In this document: positions 1 through 33,712 of the stretch, piece by piece | Layout: the number at the start of each line of letters is the position of its first letter | Position numbering within the stretch: the first letter of the stretch is position 1 | Virus record (IMG/VR): IMGVR_UViG_3300023274_000046 | Length of the DNA: 64,000 bases | Direction: 5' to 3' (one strand) | From: a virus | Position numbers and translations under genes: made by a program | Notes under the pieces: model-generated | The model's input: the letters and a program-made list of their open reading frames with translations, nothing else | Told to the model about the DNA's origin: nothing | Database searches by the model: none

Positions 1-1265
1 ATATGATAAATTTACACTCATTAGTGTGTGTTGAACTTCTACCAATGTTCATGTACCTGATACAATAAGAAAAAATTCAAAAAAGATATTTAAAGGAGCT
101 TTTTTATTTTTCTCGTTAACCCTGGGCAGCCAAGCGGTTAAATAAGAGGTGTTAATAAGTAATACCCTATTAATTCAGGTCTTATTAAAAGTTAATTGAT
201 TAATGAATATATTTTTTTTGGACTATATCTTCTCGAGGTAAATACCCCGAGGACTACGTATAGTCTCTGAGGATCCCCACTAAATTATTTGGTAATATTG
301 TGGGTTTCCTGCTGATGGTTAAAAATCAGACTTTATCACTGAGATTTAGCCTGCGCCAATCTCGAGTAGAATAATTGTAATAACTTCCCAGCATATAGTA
401 GTCTTTTTATTTCTCTACTTCCAGATTATTAAGATACGAGATAAAAAATATATCTACTGCACGCTTCGTAGCACAGAGTTAAAAATAATTACCATCCACC
501 CAACCCATCATAATTAGATTTTTGGTTATTATTTCTCATTAACGACAGAAAGGGTCGTCGGCTTATATAAAAAGTTTCTCTACCAGTTAAAAGCATAGGT
601 TCAACATATTCTAAAATTAAAAGAGAGAAGTTTGAATGATCGTATTTAAGTAAGGCTCTGGTAATAGGCATATTAAAATTTTGTTTGCTTTTTAAAAAAG
701 CCTTATTAAGATAATTTCTCATTCTAGAAGCTAAATTAATATAACTTACTACGTAAACATGTCCATTTACCTTGTTTATTAAACAGTAAACACCTGATTT
801 ATCTCTTTGTTCTTTTAGTATATTAACTCTATCTTCCTTAAAACTATCATAAACTTTTACAACCTTTAAATCTTGGATATTATCTTGGTTATAAGACTGC
901 TTATCACCAAAATTAGAATAAGATCGAGTTATGATAGCGTTTCCTAGCGGCACTCTAGTAAATTGGCTATACCGAGAATTCAGAATTAATTAATTTTTTC
1001 TTACTTGGACTATCTCTTCCCGGAGTAAAAATCGGGGACTGCGTATAGTCTCTGAGGATCCCGCTATATTTTTATTAAATATAATTAGGTTTCCTGCTGA
1101 TGGTTCAAAATTAGGCTTTATAACTGAGATTAAATAAAACTCTAGTAGCATAATTGTCAGAAGTTCTCAGCATATAGTAGTCAAATCTAAGAATCCATCT
1201 TCCACCCTTTTTATAAGGGTGGAAGATGGACGTAAATAGAGGGAGAGCTATCAGGTTGTTATTTA
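1..1265 (-). mobile_element. Group I intron cox1-1057 (partial), with two core copies
   Basis: Core motifs ccatcagcaggaaac / tcctcagagactatacg / gaaga(g/t)atagtcc occur at ~1005-1110 and again at ~215-325. Confidence 0.85.
489..953 (-). pseudogene. Truncated GIY-YIG homing endonuclease
   Basis: SGVYCLINKVNGHVYV...RMRNY...ALLKY...ILEY...RETFY; similarity is lost right after ETFYIS. Confidence 0.8.
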
Positions 1266-22567
<21,302 letters not shown>

Positions 22568-22879
22568 ACTTATAGATGATATCATTATATTTAGGTTGTA
22601 TTTATTGTTTTTATTGTTGTTAGATAAAATAATCGTACTTTTAAGTAAATTAGCAACGGGCATCGAATCAGAACAATGGATCATAAAAAAATTTAGAATG
22701 CCATGTATAATATTAAAAAAAAAGTTTTAATTACACTGTATAACTTCATTAAAAATTATAGCTACCTTGTCACTTTAGTTAGAATACCCGCAAAAGTTTA
22801 ATTTTTTTTGGGTTTTATATAATAATATTTTTAAGTTATTAAGATTATGAAATAATACATTACATATAAAAATATTATT

Positions 22880-24142
22880 ACATTACAATATATTTCTATA
22901 TACAATAATTAAATCATAAATATAGAAATATCATTCGAACCTATAGAAACCACATTCTAAATTATTAAAGACTTTTAATAAAGAAGAGTGAAAATCTTTA
23001 AATTTTCATATATGCTTTTCAAAATCAGGTTGAGTAATTTTACCATCTTTTGTACTATTTTCTATTAATCATAAAAAAGGTTTCAAAGTTGGTAACATTA
23101 ATACAGCTTTACCATTTTCAAAAACAACCTGTTCAGGTTTCGAATTAATAACCAATTTATTAGTTGAATTATTTCCCTCGTTAGTGGAAAAATATTTTAC
23201 TTTAAGCAGAGAAAGAGAGTGAGGACTAGAATACTTTCTTACCTTAACATAATTATACTTATGGTTAAAACTATTATTAAATTCCGAAAATTTATTTTTA
23301 TGATAAGAAAATTTTAAAGAACTGTGGAAATCTCAAATCTCTTTTTTGAATCTGGTTAGTGTTACATTGCTATTATTATGTTTTTTAGGGGGTATTATTC
23401 TTTAAATAATCATTTACTTCATCAACTAAATCAGAATTACTATATTTTATTCTAATATCCTTATCATACTGCAAAAAATAATTTTGTAGCTGCCTATCTG
23501 CTTTGCTTAGTTTTAAATAAGCCTCCTTTTTAGCTTTTATTACTTTTAATATCTGTCTATCTCTTTCAGAAGTAAAATCATAAAGAACTCTGCTAAAAGA
23601 TTTTATGTGACCTATTTCTAAAAAGGACTTATGAACTAATTTGTTAGCACTCTCATAAAAAGTACTAATAATCTTAGTTAACAAATATTGCTGAGGTGAA
23701 AGAATATGTTTTAATGTGTTATTACCTCCGCTAATTGTTATGTTATTTTCCATAAAAACTACTTTAAGTGCATTAGCTGTCATACCTTCACATATTATAA
23801 AAAACATAACCCCGGGTTTTTTTTCGTATATTCTAATAACGACATAAGAAATGGTAGACTAAAGAAAGTAGTTATTCGCACTCTATACAGTAAAAAGGAT
23901 AATTCTTCTTTTTCATCCTGAATATCTTCAATTAATTGAGAATCCATTTCCATGTCATCATCTCCAATTATGTAAAATCCAATGAATTCCTTTCCAATAT
24001 CTTCCCATAATTTGAGTTTTATTCTATCCCTATCAAACCTAGGTTTCTCTTTAATATAAAAAATAGAATAGTGTAAAATATGTCTTCTATCCTTTGTGCT
24101 TGAAAGGTGGGAAAATGTAACAAAAGTATATATTCTAGCCAT
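22880..24142 (-). other. Cluster of three unidentified ORFs or ORF remnants (23795-24142, 23385-23807, ~22884-23383)
   Basis: Open frames of 115-165 codons with no recognised motif. Confidence 0.35.
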
Positions 24143-24659
24143 AATAAAAAAAAATATAAATAATCAAAGAGGCAATTATAATTAGAATTAGGGTGACCTC
24201 TAAATTCCAAAACTACTATAATTAAATAACTATGTACTACTATAGTTTTCTAGTAAACTATAAAATTAATTCCAAAACTACAATAGTAAAAACACTAAAC
24301 AGGATATACCATCATCACCTATCTTGACATATCAAGAAACACCACCTCACTTTATACAACGACTTTCCACCATGGTTAGACACTTAGATATAAAGCTACC
24401 TAACTAATAATGTATATAAAACACAGTAATATTTATGCTTATACTAGCTTCATATAGTTTAAATCCTTACAATAATAAATTGTATTTTAACCATTGCTAA
24501 CCATTTCTTACAAACTTAAAAAGGTTAATTTTCCCCCTTACCACACCCTCACTAACTTAAAACATAATAGACCATAAATCTCGTAATGAACCCTATAAAG
24601 AAAATAATAGTTATTTTAAGTAAGTTACTATTAAATGAGAAAAAATTTTTTTTTTATTA

Positions 24660-24825
24660 TTAAAATAGCACTGATTATAGAAACTACAAATAAGGATTTA
24701 AACATCATTAGAAAAAAAAAATAAAAGCAAATACCTCTGTAACGCATAAATGATAATTTATCATCCACTCTTTTTATATTAACACCGTAATTATCTTAAG
24801 GTTAGTAGACTGTATAAAAATGATT
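24660..24825 (-). repeat. Diverged copy of the nad4 upstream leader (other copy ~33050-33145)
   Basis: aaagcaaatacctctgtaacgcataaa...aacaccgt(a/g)attatct(t/c)aaggtta(g/a)tagact occurs at both sites. Confidence 0.8.
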
Positions 24826-24987
24826 TAAATGTTTAAAATAATTAAATTTACAATTATTTATAACTTTTTTTTTTAATTATAATAAAATGTTTAACTAAAA
24901 ATTTTAGTTTGTATCAGTTTACTTTAAACTCTACCTTGTTAAATTCACGATTTACAGAACATAAGACTATATTTTTAATCGTAGGAA

Positions 24988-27900
24988 CTAACCAGTAAAG
25001 TTAAAATCAAAAGTGTAAATTAATGTTGAAACTGAATAGTGAATAGCATCTAAAATTAGCCCAGGGTAGATACCTAACATTACCGTAGGTACTACTAAAG
25101 TTAATAACACAATGAACTCTCTTTTATTAACATCAGGAATATTAACTGTAAATTTGCTTGAATAGGATCCTCCAAAAGATATCTTTTGAAACATATAAAT
25201 AGTATAACCGGCAGAGAATATTATAGATAAGCTAGCAAATACCCCAAAAAATGAAGAACTTTCAAAAATTCCGTAAAGTGACATAAATTCACCTATAAAA
25301 TTTAATGTTAGAGGTGCTCCACAGTTTCCTAAACACAATATAAAAAATAATATTGCGAAAAGTGGCATAATTTGAGCCATTCCTCTATAGAAAGCTATTA
25401 ATCTAGTATGAGATCTATCATATAATATACCACCTGCACAAATAAATAGTCCAGGTGAAACTAGTCCATGAGCTATACCTAAATTTATACCCCCTTCAAT
25501 TCCTTGTATACTATTACTAAATACACCTAAAAGATACACTGCTGCATGAGAAACAGAGCTATATGCTATAAGTTCTTTAACATCTATTGTTCTTAAAGTA
25601 CTAACACTAGCATATATTATAGTTATAACCCCTATTAAATAAATAATATAAGTATATTCCATATATGCCTTAGGTAATATAGGTAAAATTAATCTTAAAA
25701 TACCATATAAACTTAATTTAAGCACAATAGCTGCTAATATAATACTTCCTCCTAAAGGAGATTCCACATGTGCCTTTAAAAGTCAGGTATTTAAAAAGAT
25801 TGTAGGTGTTTTAACCGCAAAAGCTATAAAAATACCATAAAATAAAAAAATTTGTGTAAAATAAATAAAATTTCTTTTAAATAAGGTATCAAAATCAGTA
25901 GTACTCATAATAGATGACATTGCTAAAATAGATAGTAATAAAAACAATGAACCTAACACATTAGGGTTTTCTTTAATTTTGAGTTACTTAAATTCATATC
26001 GGCTAACCGACAATTCACATAATAACTTTAAACTTTACGATTTAAATTCATATTGGACTTAATAGATTTTATGTTAGACAAACCTGCTTCTGATAAATGT
26101 TGTTTATCTTGTATAATCATAGCTACTTTTTTAAAGTCTTTATAGTCTGATTCTTTAACACCTTTAATATAAGATTTATCAAATAAAGGTATTATCTTTT
26201 CAAATATGTCTTTAAATTTTGTAACAACAAAATATACAGCAGACTGTTTTAAAACTAATTCAATTCTACCACATTTAAGGGTAGAAATTAATGATTTCAT
26301 AAGTTCTATATCTCTACTGTGTTGAACAATATGAAATTTTAACACTACAGCTTTACCTGTTTTAGTTGTTAAAGAATTACGTAAAGATACATGAAAACAC
26401 CCATCTCCACTAGCTAATCCTGCTATTCAATTAGGATCCATAACCCCCGTATTTGGAACTAAAGGTCTATTTACAGCTTTAATATCAGGAAAAAATAGAT
26501 TTAGTTCATCACTAAGACCTAAATTTAAAGCAGCTCTTATAGAAAGAATTTTATGAAAACCTTCCTTATTAAGATGGGCTTTAGTCTTAAGTAATTCTAT
26601 ACCATCTTTAAATAATTTATAATCCCCTCATTTTTCACTCAATAAGGGATATTTATCAAAATGTGATATTATTACTTGTAAATCAGCTAAAGATCTAACT
26701 AAATACTGTAAAGTAGTATCTCCATGTTTAGTAATTTTACCTACGCCAAAGAAATCACGTATAGTACATAATAAGTGGTAATCTTTTTTATGCATAGCAA
26801 TTTTATATATAGCTGTGATTTGATATCCCATTCTATATTCATTACTTTTGTGGAATCCTAATGCAAAAGTACCTTCTGCATCCGTTAAACCTGTAACAAA
26901 TCAAGGGTGTGGTAAATTATTATAGTCTTTATTTTGTTTATTTGACATTGTGTGCATAAACATTTTATTATGTGAATAGGAATGAATCGTTTTCCCAAAA
27001 ACTGATTTCTCAGCGATTAGAGTACACCTTACAAGATTCAAATTTCTGAACCTTGAAGAACCATCTACTCGTTGCTCTTTTACACCCTTATAATTAATAA
27101 AAGGATGACTTAGAACCACGGTTACCCATTTCGAAGAAAGTATTCTTCTCATCTTTAGTGATCTTACCATACCTTTAGTCATTAATAAAGCCGGTAAAAA
27201 AATTTCTCTTACTACTTTGGTTACTAGAGCTTTAGGGTTTTCCCGGTGTTTGGTTTTTTTACACTGTTGAGTCAATGTATATAAAAATAAGTAAAAACTA
27301 GCTTTTACTCTATTGTCAGATCCAAATACACCTATTAGAATAAATAAAGGTGGTAGTATACTTTCAAAAAAAATGTAAAAAAGTAAAATATCTAACACTA
27401 AGAAAACTGCCAATAGTAAAGTCTCTAACAATAGTATGATTATAAGATAAGTTTCTACATGTTTTGAAATAGATGTTCAATTAGATAAAATTGAAATAGG
27501 GATAATAATTGTTGTTAATAAGTTGGGTCGCAAGCATAGTCCCTTTAAAGTATTACTTTATTAAGGGTATTAAACTCGCTCCCACCGAACCGTACGTGCG
27601 ACTTTCATCGCATACGGCTCTCCAGAAACAGTAAACAAAGCGATTTTAGAATCGAAACAATACACTTAAGGAATTTATCCTAAGGTTCCCACCTCCAACC
27701 CTCTATGTAAACCTTATAACATAGATATTTTTATTAAACATAGGATCATTTGTCCTATCACCATTATAATTATACACTAAACTTTTTATACTTATTATTA
27801 AGATATGCTGCCTTTAAACTATCAGGTCTAGAAAATTTTATTTTCCCTAAACCCCTTACATTTACAACAATAGGTTTACCATATTTTTTAAATATTTTTG

Positions 27901-30900
27901 ATAAGGTTGACCTGTGTTTTGCGGCAAGTGTATGAGCTAAAGAGTACTCTAATATATATAACAATTCTCTTAAATCGGAACGATTAGCAGCCATATTATA
28001 AAAAACAAAAATTTTTGTTAGAAGGCTATTATAATTTTTAACTATATCATAATCAGATAAATGTAATAATTTTCCCACATATTTAGGATAACCTGTATCA
28101 TCTGCGAATCCTTTTTCAATAAGCTTAGATTTTAGATCCTTTAATGGAATTAATATTGTAGGAGTAATTATAACTTTGGGTGATGATAATAAAACATTAT
28201 TAACACCCCTAGAAGGTGAAGGCGATTTTAGAGAACTAGGTATTGACCATCTTAAATAATGGGTTAAAAATTTAGCATAACCTCTTCCTAGATGAATTAA
28301 CTTATTTTTATCTAACTCTAATTTTAATTCATCCTGAAGGAAAGTTCTAATTTGATCCTGGATCTTTTTGGCTAATTCTTCATGATTCTGTACATCTCCT
28401 TCCACACCTATCACCCATTCATTGGCAAACCTTACATAATATATCTTTAAAGGACTTAAAGCATAATTTTCTTTTAACTTATCAATAAACTCATCTAAAG
28501 GAGTTAAATAAAGATTTAATAAAATAGGAGAAATTATTCCACCTAAAAAGACCTTGTCCACATTCCTTCATACATAATCACGATAAATATCATAACAAGC
28601 ATTTACCAAATAACCTGCGTTTAAAAGTTTATAAAAGATCCCTATAAGGGTTCGATCAGGATTTAATTTTTTCTTAATTATATTAACTAATATATTATAA
28701 TGAATATTCTCAAAAACCTTATTAACCCTACCTTCTATAATTCAGGTTACTCCTTTCATCTTTTTAACTGAGTTTAATGCATGGTGAACAGATCTATTAG
28801 GTCTAAATCCAAAGTTTTGCTTATTAAAAATTTTTTTCTCACATTCAGATTCTATTAGTATTTTTATCGCGATTTGCAATATAATATCATTAAGAGATGG
28901 TAAAGATATTAATTTAGTAGTATGTGAAAACAACAAGTTACCTTCATTAGATTTTTTTATATAAATAGGTTCGCACCTATACGTCCAATTTTTTATACTT
29001 TCTATGATCACCTTCAACTTTTTTCCTGACTTATTATATAACGCCTCTTTATCTTCAACAGACATATACTTAATTAAATGTAAATTTGAGTCCATAAATT
29101 TAGAAACTTCATTATAAATAGAGCGCATACTTAATATAGTAATTAAATTTTTTGTACAAATATTATTAGCCCCGGCAGTCGCCTCCAAGCGGCGACTGGG
29201 GCCACGGGGATACCCGCCCCTAGGTGAATGATTATCTCCAGGTAAAAGACTAAGCTCTTTACAAGAGGAATTAATATAATTTTTACTGTTTCCTCGTTTT
29301 AGGAGTATTATTTTTACTGGCTTTTATTTTTAAAATCTTTTCTAACCCTTCTAAAGTCAAATGTTCCTTTTTAAACATTAATTCTGAGGCTTCATATCAA
29401 GATTGAAAATCTTTAGCTTTTATACCCATAATTGGATAATTTAGATAAAAAGGAATAATTTTATTTAAAATATCACTCAATCTAGTTACTACAAAATCCC
29501 CCCTACTTTGAACACCCTCTACAGTATAATACTTACCACAACCGAAATAATCTATAAAACTTTTTAACAAATTTTCATTTCGTAGATGCTGACTTAACTG
29601 AAATCTTAAATTTACCAAGTATCCTGTTTTAGTTGAAGAGTTCTTAACTATATTTATATTAAAACAACCTTCACCAGCAGTAAAACCTGATAATCAATGT
29701 GGGTCAGGTACTTGAGGGTTAACTATTTTATGAAATCTTGGTATTAAAATAAAATTAGGGAAAGCTTCTTTCAATATTGGAGTTAACCCATTGTTAAGAG
29801 AAGCTCTATAATTTATAATCTCTTGTAAACCTTCAGTATTTAAATGTTTACCACATTTTACCATCATTACAACTGACTTAAACAATTCAAAATCTCCACG
29901 TTTTTGAGTTTGTAATGGATATTTTTCAAAGTGCTCAATAATTTTATCTAATGTCTCAAGAGAAAATACTCTATAAGTCAAACAATTATCCTTAAGTCTA
30001 GTTAAAATTCCTTGTCCATCAAAATACGTTTGAATAATATTTAGTAGTTCTTTATCTTTAGGGTGAAGTCCAATTTGAAATACTGGTTGTACTCGCCAAC
30101 CTACTCTTGACTTCGGTGATTTATATATACTAACCATAAAACATCCTTCCGCATCAGAAAAACCAGTTAAAAACCAAGGATTTATATTACATTTTTTTGA
30201 TACCTCTGTACTCATATGTCTGATAACTAGAGTACTAAAATTTAAGTGTATTGAATTATTTGAATTATAATCAAATGTCTTTGCTCTCAATAAAGAAATA
30301 GAGTGTAAAGTCTTACCTCTACTTGCTCTATTCTTATTTGCATTGCTTCAGTTTTTCCAATAAATATCAATTTTTTTTTTATAAAAAAAAATGGGTGTCT
30401 GTCTTTTACGAAGAAAATACACACTAATACTTGATGATGGACACTTAAGAGCTTTTGCTGCTTCACTAATTGAACAATAAATAGTGCTAATACCTGTGAG
30501 GATGTCTAATACTTTTACTTTAATACTTGGACTACCCGAACCCTCAGGTTTTTTTTTACCATACCTCGGATTTTTTTCACCTGTTAAAGATTTAGAGAGC
30601 TTGGCCAGAGTTTGTTCACTAATTTCTCTCCCAAACATATGATTCATTTCTCCTATTTTTCCATACATCGGGTTTTTTTCACCTGTTAAAGATTTAGAGA
30701 TATTGGCCCGAGATTGATCAGAGTGTTTTAATCCTAGCAAGGAACCAGCAGTATTGAGTATATTGTAATGGGGATGAAAAAGATCCATAAAATATTGTTC
30801 CCTTTCGATACATTGAGTTGGTTCACAATATTCGAGAATCTCTAAATCAAATTTTGAATGACCATATTTTAAAAGTGCCTTATATATTCGCATATTATGT

Positions 30901-33041
30901 AACAATAAATAATTAATATTAAAATAATTTCTTAATCTTATTGATAAATTTACAGCACTTCCTATATAAGATTTTCCATTGACTTTATTTACTCAACGGT
31001 ACACTCCAGATTTCCCTGCATTTTCTTTTAAAATTATTAATTTTTTAGAATCAGCGTTAGCATAAAATTTTATAGGTACAGCAGCTGAAAATAAAACAAA
31101 TTCACCTGTAATGTCACCCATTATATAACTACTAGCATGAGTGGTTAAAACCAAAAATAAAATAAAAAGAAATAGAGTAAAAATTTTTTGTACTAATGTT
31201 CTTCTTGAGTTTAAGTGTATTGTATCATATGGATTATAACCGTATGTCTTTGGTCTTTTACGAATAAAGTGTAAAGTATTACCTGCTTTATTTTTTAAGA
31301 CTACTGTCTCCTGTGACCCTTCCAATAACATATGTGATTGTACTACGATCACTCCGTCCCCCTTTGAATTGGTATTAAATAAAGCACTTATTTTAGTAAA
31401 ATTTTCAAATTTTAATGCTCACAACTTCAAAGTCAAATTTTTGATACCTATTACTAGGCTTAGGGGATCCCCAGTTCCTAAGAAAAAGTCTGATATTATA
31501 TTTTTAGCTCACTGCTTTAAGGGTAAAAGCCCTTTTAGTAATCATGAACTTAAATATGCATTTTGCTTTTCTACACATTTATGATTACACTTCGTATGTT
31601 TCATTATTGCTAGACTCTGACTTAAACTACTGTAGCGTCGACAAAAAACATATTGACTATTGTAAGGTTTTTTTTGACCATTACTAAAATATTTAGATAT
31701 AGTTGCTGACTTTATGCCTAAAGCTAATGCAGCAGCAGATATAGAATCATATCTAGTTTTTATATTATTTTTAATATCTATTACTTCGACTGGTTGTGAA
31801 GATTTTCCAGCCCCTTGAGGTCTTGGTTTGCCAGCTTTAAAAATAGATATCTTTTCACGAGTTTCTGAAGAATGACGTTTTCCAAACCTTGGGCTTTGGC
31901 TTTCTGTTTTTCCAAACATTGGGTTTCTTTCCCCTGATAGAGAATTAGAGATTTTGGCTCTAATTTCATCACTATGTTTAAGCCCAAACATTGGGTGTCT
32001 TTCTCCTGATAGAGAATTAGAGATTTTGGCTCTAGTTTCATCACTATGTTTAAACCCTAAAGATGAACCAGCTGTTTTTAATATATTATATTCAGGATTT
32101 AATTTATCTATATAATATTGTTCACGTTTTAATAAATCCGCCGAATCACAATACTCAAGGATTTCAAGAGTAAAGTTTGAATACCCCTTTTTTAATAATG
32201 AATTATAAATCATACTTTTACCCTTTTCAATTTTTTTGACTAAGAAATAAACATTAAAATAATCTCTAAGTCTTTTCCCTAAATTTTTACTACTTCCTAT
32301 ATAAGTTTTACCGTTTATTTTATTAACTCATTGATAAATACCACTTTTATTTTGATTATCTTTTAGTATTTCTAACTTTTGAGTATCGGCATTTTCATAA
32401 AATTTAGGTGAAATATTAGAAAGGTCTTTAGAGGCTCCGCTAGTGGTTGAATATTTTACGCTTTGCAAAAAACCACTTTTTGTAAAATTTGGATATAGTC
32501 TCATTTTTTGTTGTAGAGTAAATAAAGCAGGTCTAGCAAATGAATGAATTTTCGTATCAAGTATTTTCGAAGTCAGCCTATAGTTCTGTAACAGCATTAT
32601 AATAAAAGCTTGAATATAAATTACCTTGCCCACCAAATAAAATTTATACTTAATCTTATTGAGGACTTTACTAACATGCTTCTTTCCTCTAATCATTTCG
32701 ATATCAAGTAAGTTAGTCGGTTTACATAACATTAGTTCAGTTACGATTCTTAGTGGAACGGGCTTTTTCTTAGTTAAAGGGCGCACAACAAAATATATAG
32801 ATAAACCATCTATACCTAAAAAAAAGTTAAAATAACTAATTTCATGATATTCTTGTACAAATTGAAATTGATTTAGACTAAAATCAAATAAAATAAAAAT
32901 AATTAATGATAAAAATAAATTAAGTATAGACGCAGTTAAACCTATAAATTTAATATTCGTTAACGAAACCCCTAAATCTTTATTAACCAATATCACAAAA
33001 ACACCTATTATAGGAATTAAAAGCAAAGATAATAATAACAC
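24988..33041 (-). CDS. nad4: NADH dehydrogenase subunit 4. Exons 32787-33041, 27275-27521, 24988-25958; start is GTG 33041 or TTG 33059
   Basis: GIDGLSIYFV-LLTT..., FFESILPPLF, FLYTL-LGSLF, WLLKAHVESPLGGS, LIAYSSVSH; exons total 1473 nt. Confidence 0.95.
25959..27274 (-). mobile_element. Group I intron 2 of nad4 (IC2-like) with LAGLIDADG ORF (~26028-26990)
   Basis: Core aaagagcaacgagtagacgg / taaggtgtactctaa; WFVTGLTDAEG and WIAGLASGDG motifs. Confidence 0.88.
27770..29188 (-). CDS. Degenerate RT / maturase (YADD replaced by FANE; domain X kept; no endonuclease domain)
   Basis: NFGFRPNRSVHHAL, GGIISPILLNLYL, YYVRFANEW, HTLAAKHRSTLSKIFKKYG; continuous in code 4. Confidence 0.85.
29283..32786 (-). 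CDS. Exon-fused polyprotein ORF: GIY-YIG + NUMOD3 repeats, second GIY-YIG + NUMOD3, double-motif LAGLIDADG
   Basis: SGIYQWVNKINGKTYIGSS, SGVYRWVNKVNGKSYIGSA, WFLTGFSDAEG, WLSGFTAGEG; all inter-ORF junctions were checked and are stop-free in code 4. Confidence 0.82.
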
Positions 33042-33611
33042 CCCTGAAAAAGAAAGCAAATACCTCTGTAACGCATAAAGGATAAATTATCGCTCACGCT
33101 TTTTTTTATGAACACCGTGATTATCTCAAGGTTAATAGACTATAAAAAAAAAAGTAAATGAATATAGACTATAAAAAAAAAAGTAAATGAATATAGTATA
33201 TAAATCGATAACACGGTTGAAATTACACTAAAATAGTAAATAGTAAAGGTAATAGTTTAAATAGTGTTGGCAGACCGAATCAAGTATGCATAGCTATATT
33301 ACTATACACTAATACTTATTTATACTTAGATGTTTTCATGGAACAGGAGACTTTTTGGAGGGAATGAAAACATCAAGAAACAGGCAGACGGAAGGAACTC
33401 GAACGGAAGAAGAAAACATAATGGAAGGCTCTGAAGAAAGAGAAAAAAACAAAGGATGAGGAAAGATTTAAAAAACAGACACATACGAGGGAAAATTTCA
33501 AACGCAATGAGGGAAACTTTCTTCCAACAAGGAGTTCTGAAGAGCCGCTTCAGAAAACCTTTTCACTAGACCACAAAAAAAAGATATAAGATACTCATTC
33601 AATATGAGGAA

Positions 33612-33653
33612 GGCGCACGGCGCACGGCGCACGGCGCACGGCGCACGGCGCAC
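33612..33653. repeat. (GGCGCAC)6 GC-rich tandem repeat
   Basis: Read directly. Confidence 0.95.
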
Positions 33654-33712
33654 CTCCTTCAATTATCATCATTTTAAGTCTGTGAATCAGGAAACTTTTT
33701 ACCATAAAAAAA

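Larger units (their letters stand above)
27522..32786 (-). mobile_element. Group II intron 1 of nad4 (5,265 nt)
   Basis: Starts GTGCGCCC; domain V gagagccgtatgcgatgaaagtcgcacgtacggttcgg at ~27585-27625; ends GACCCAAC. Confidence 0.93.
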
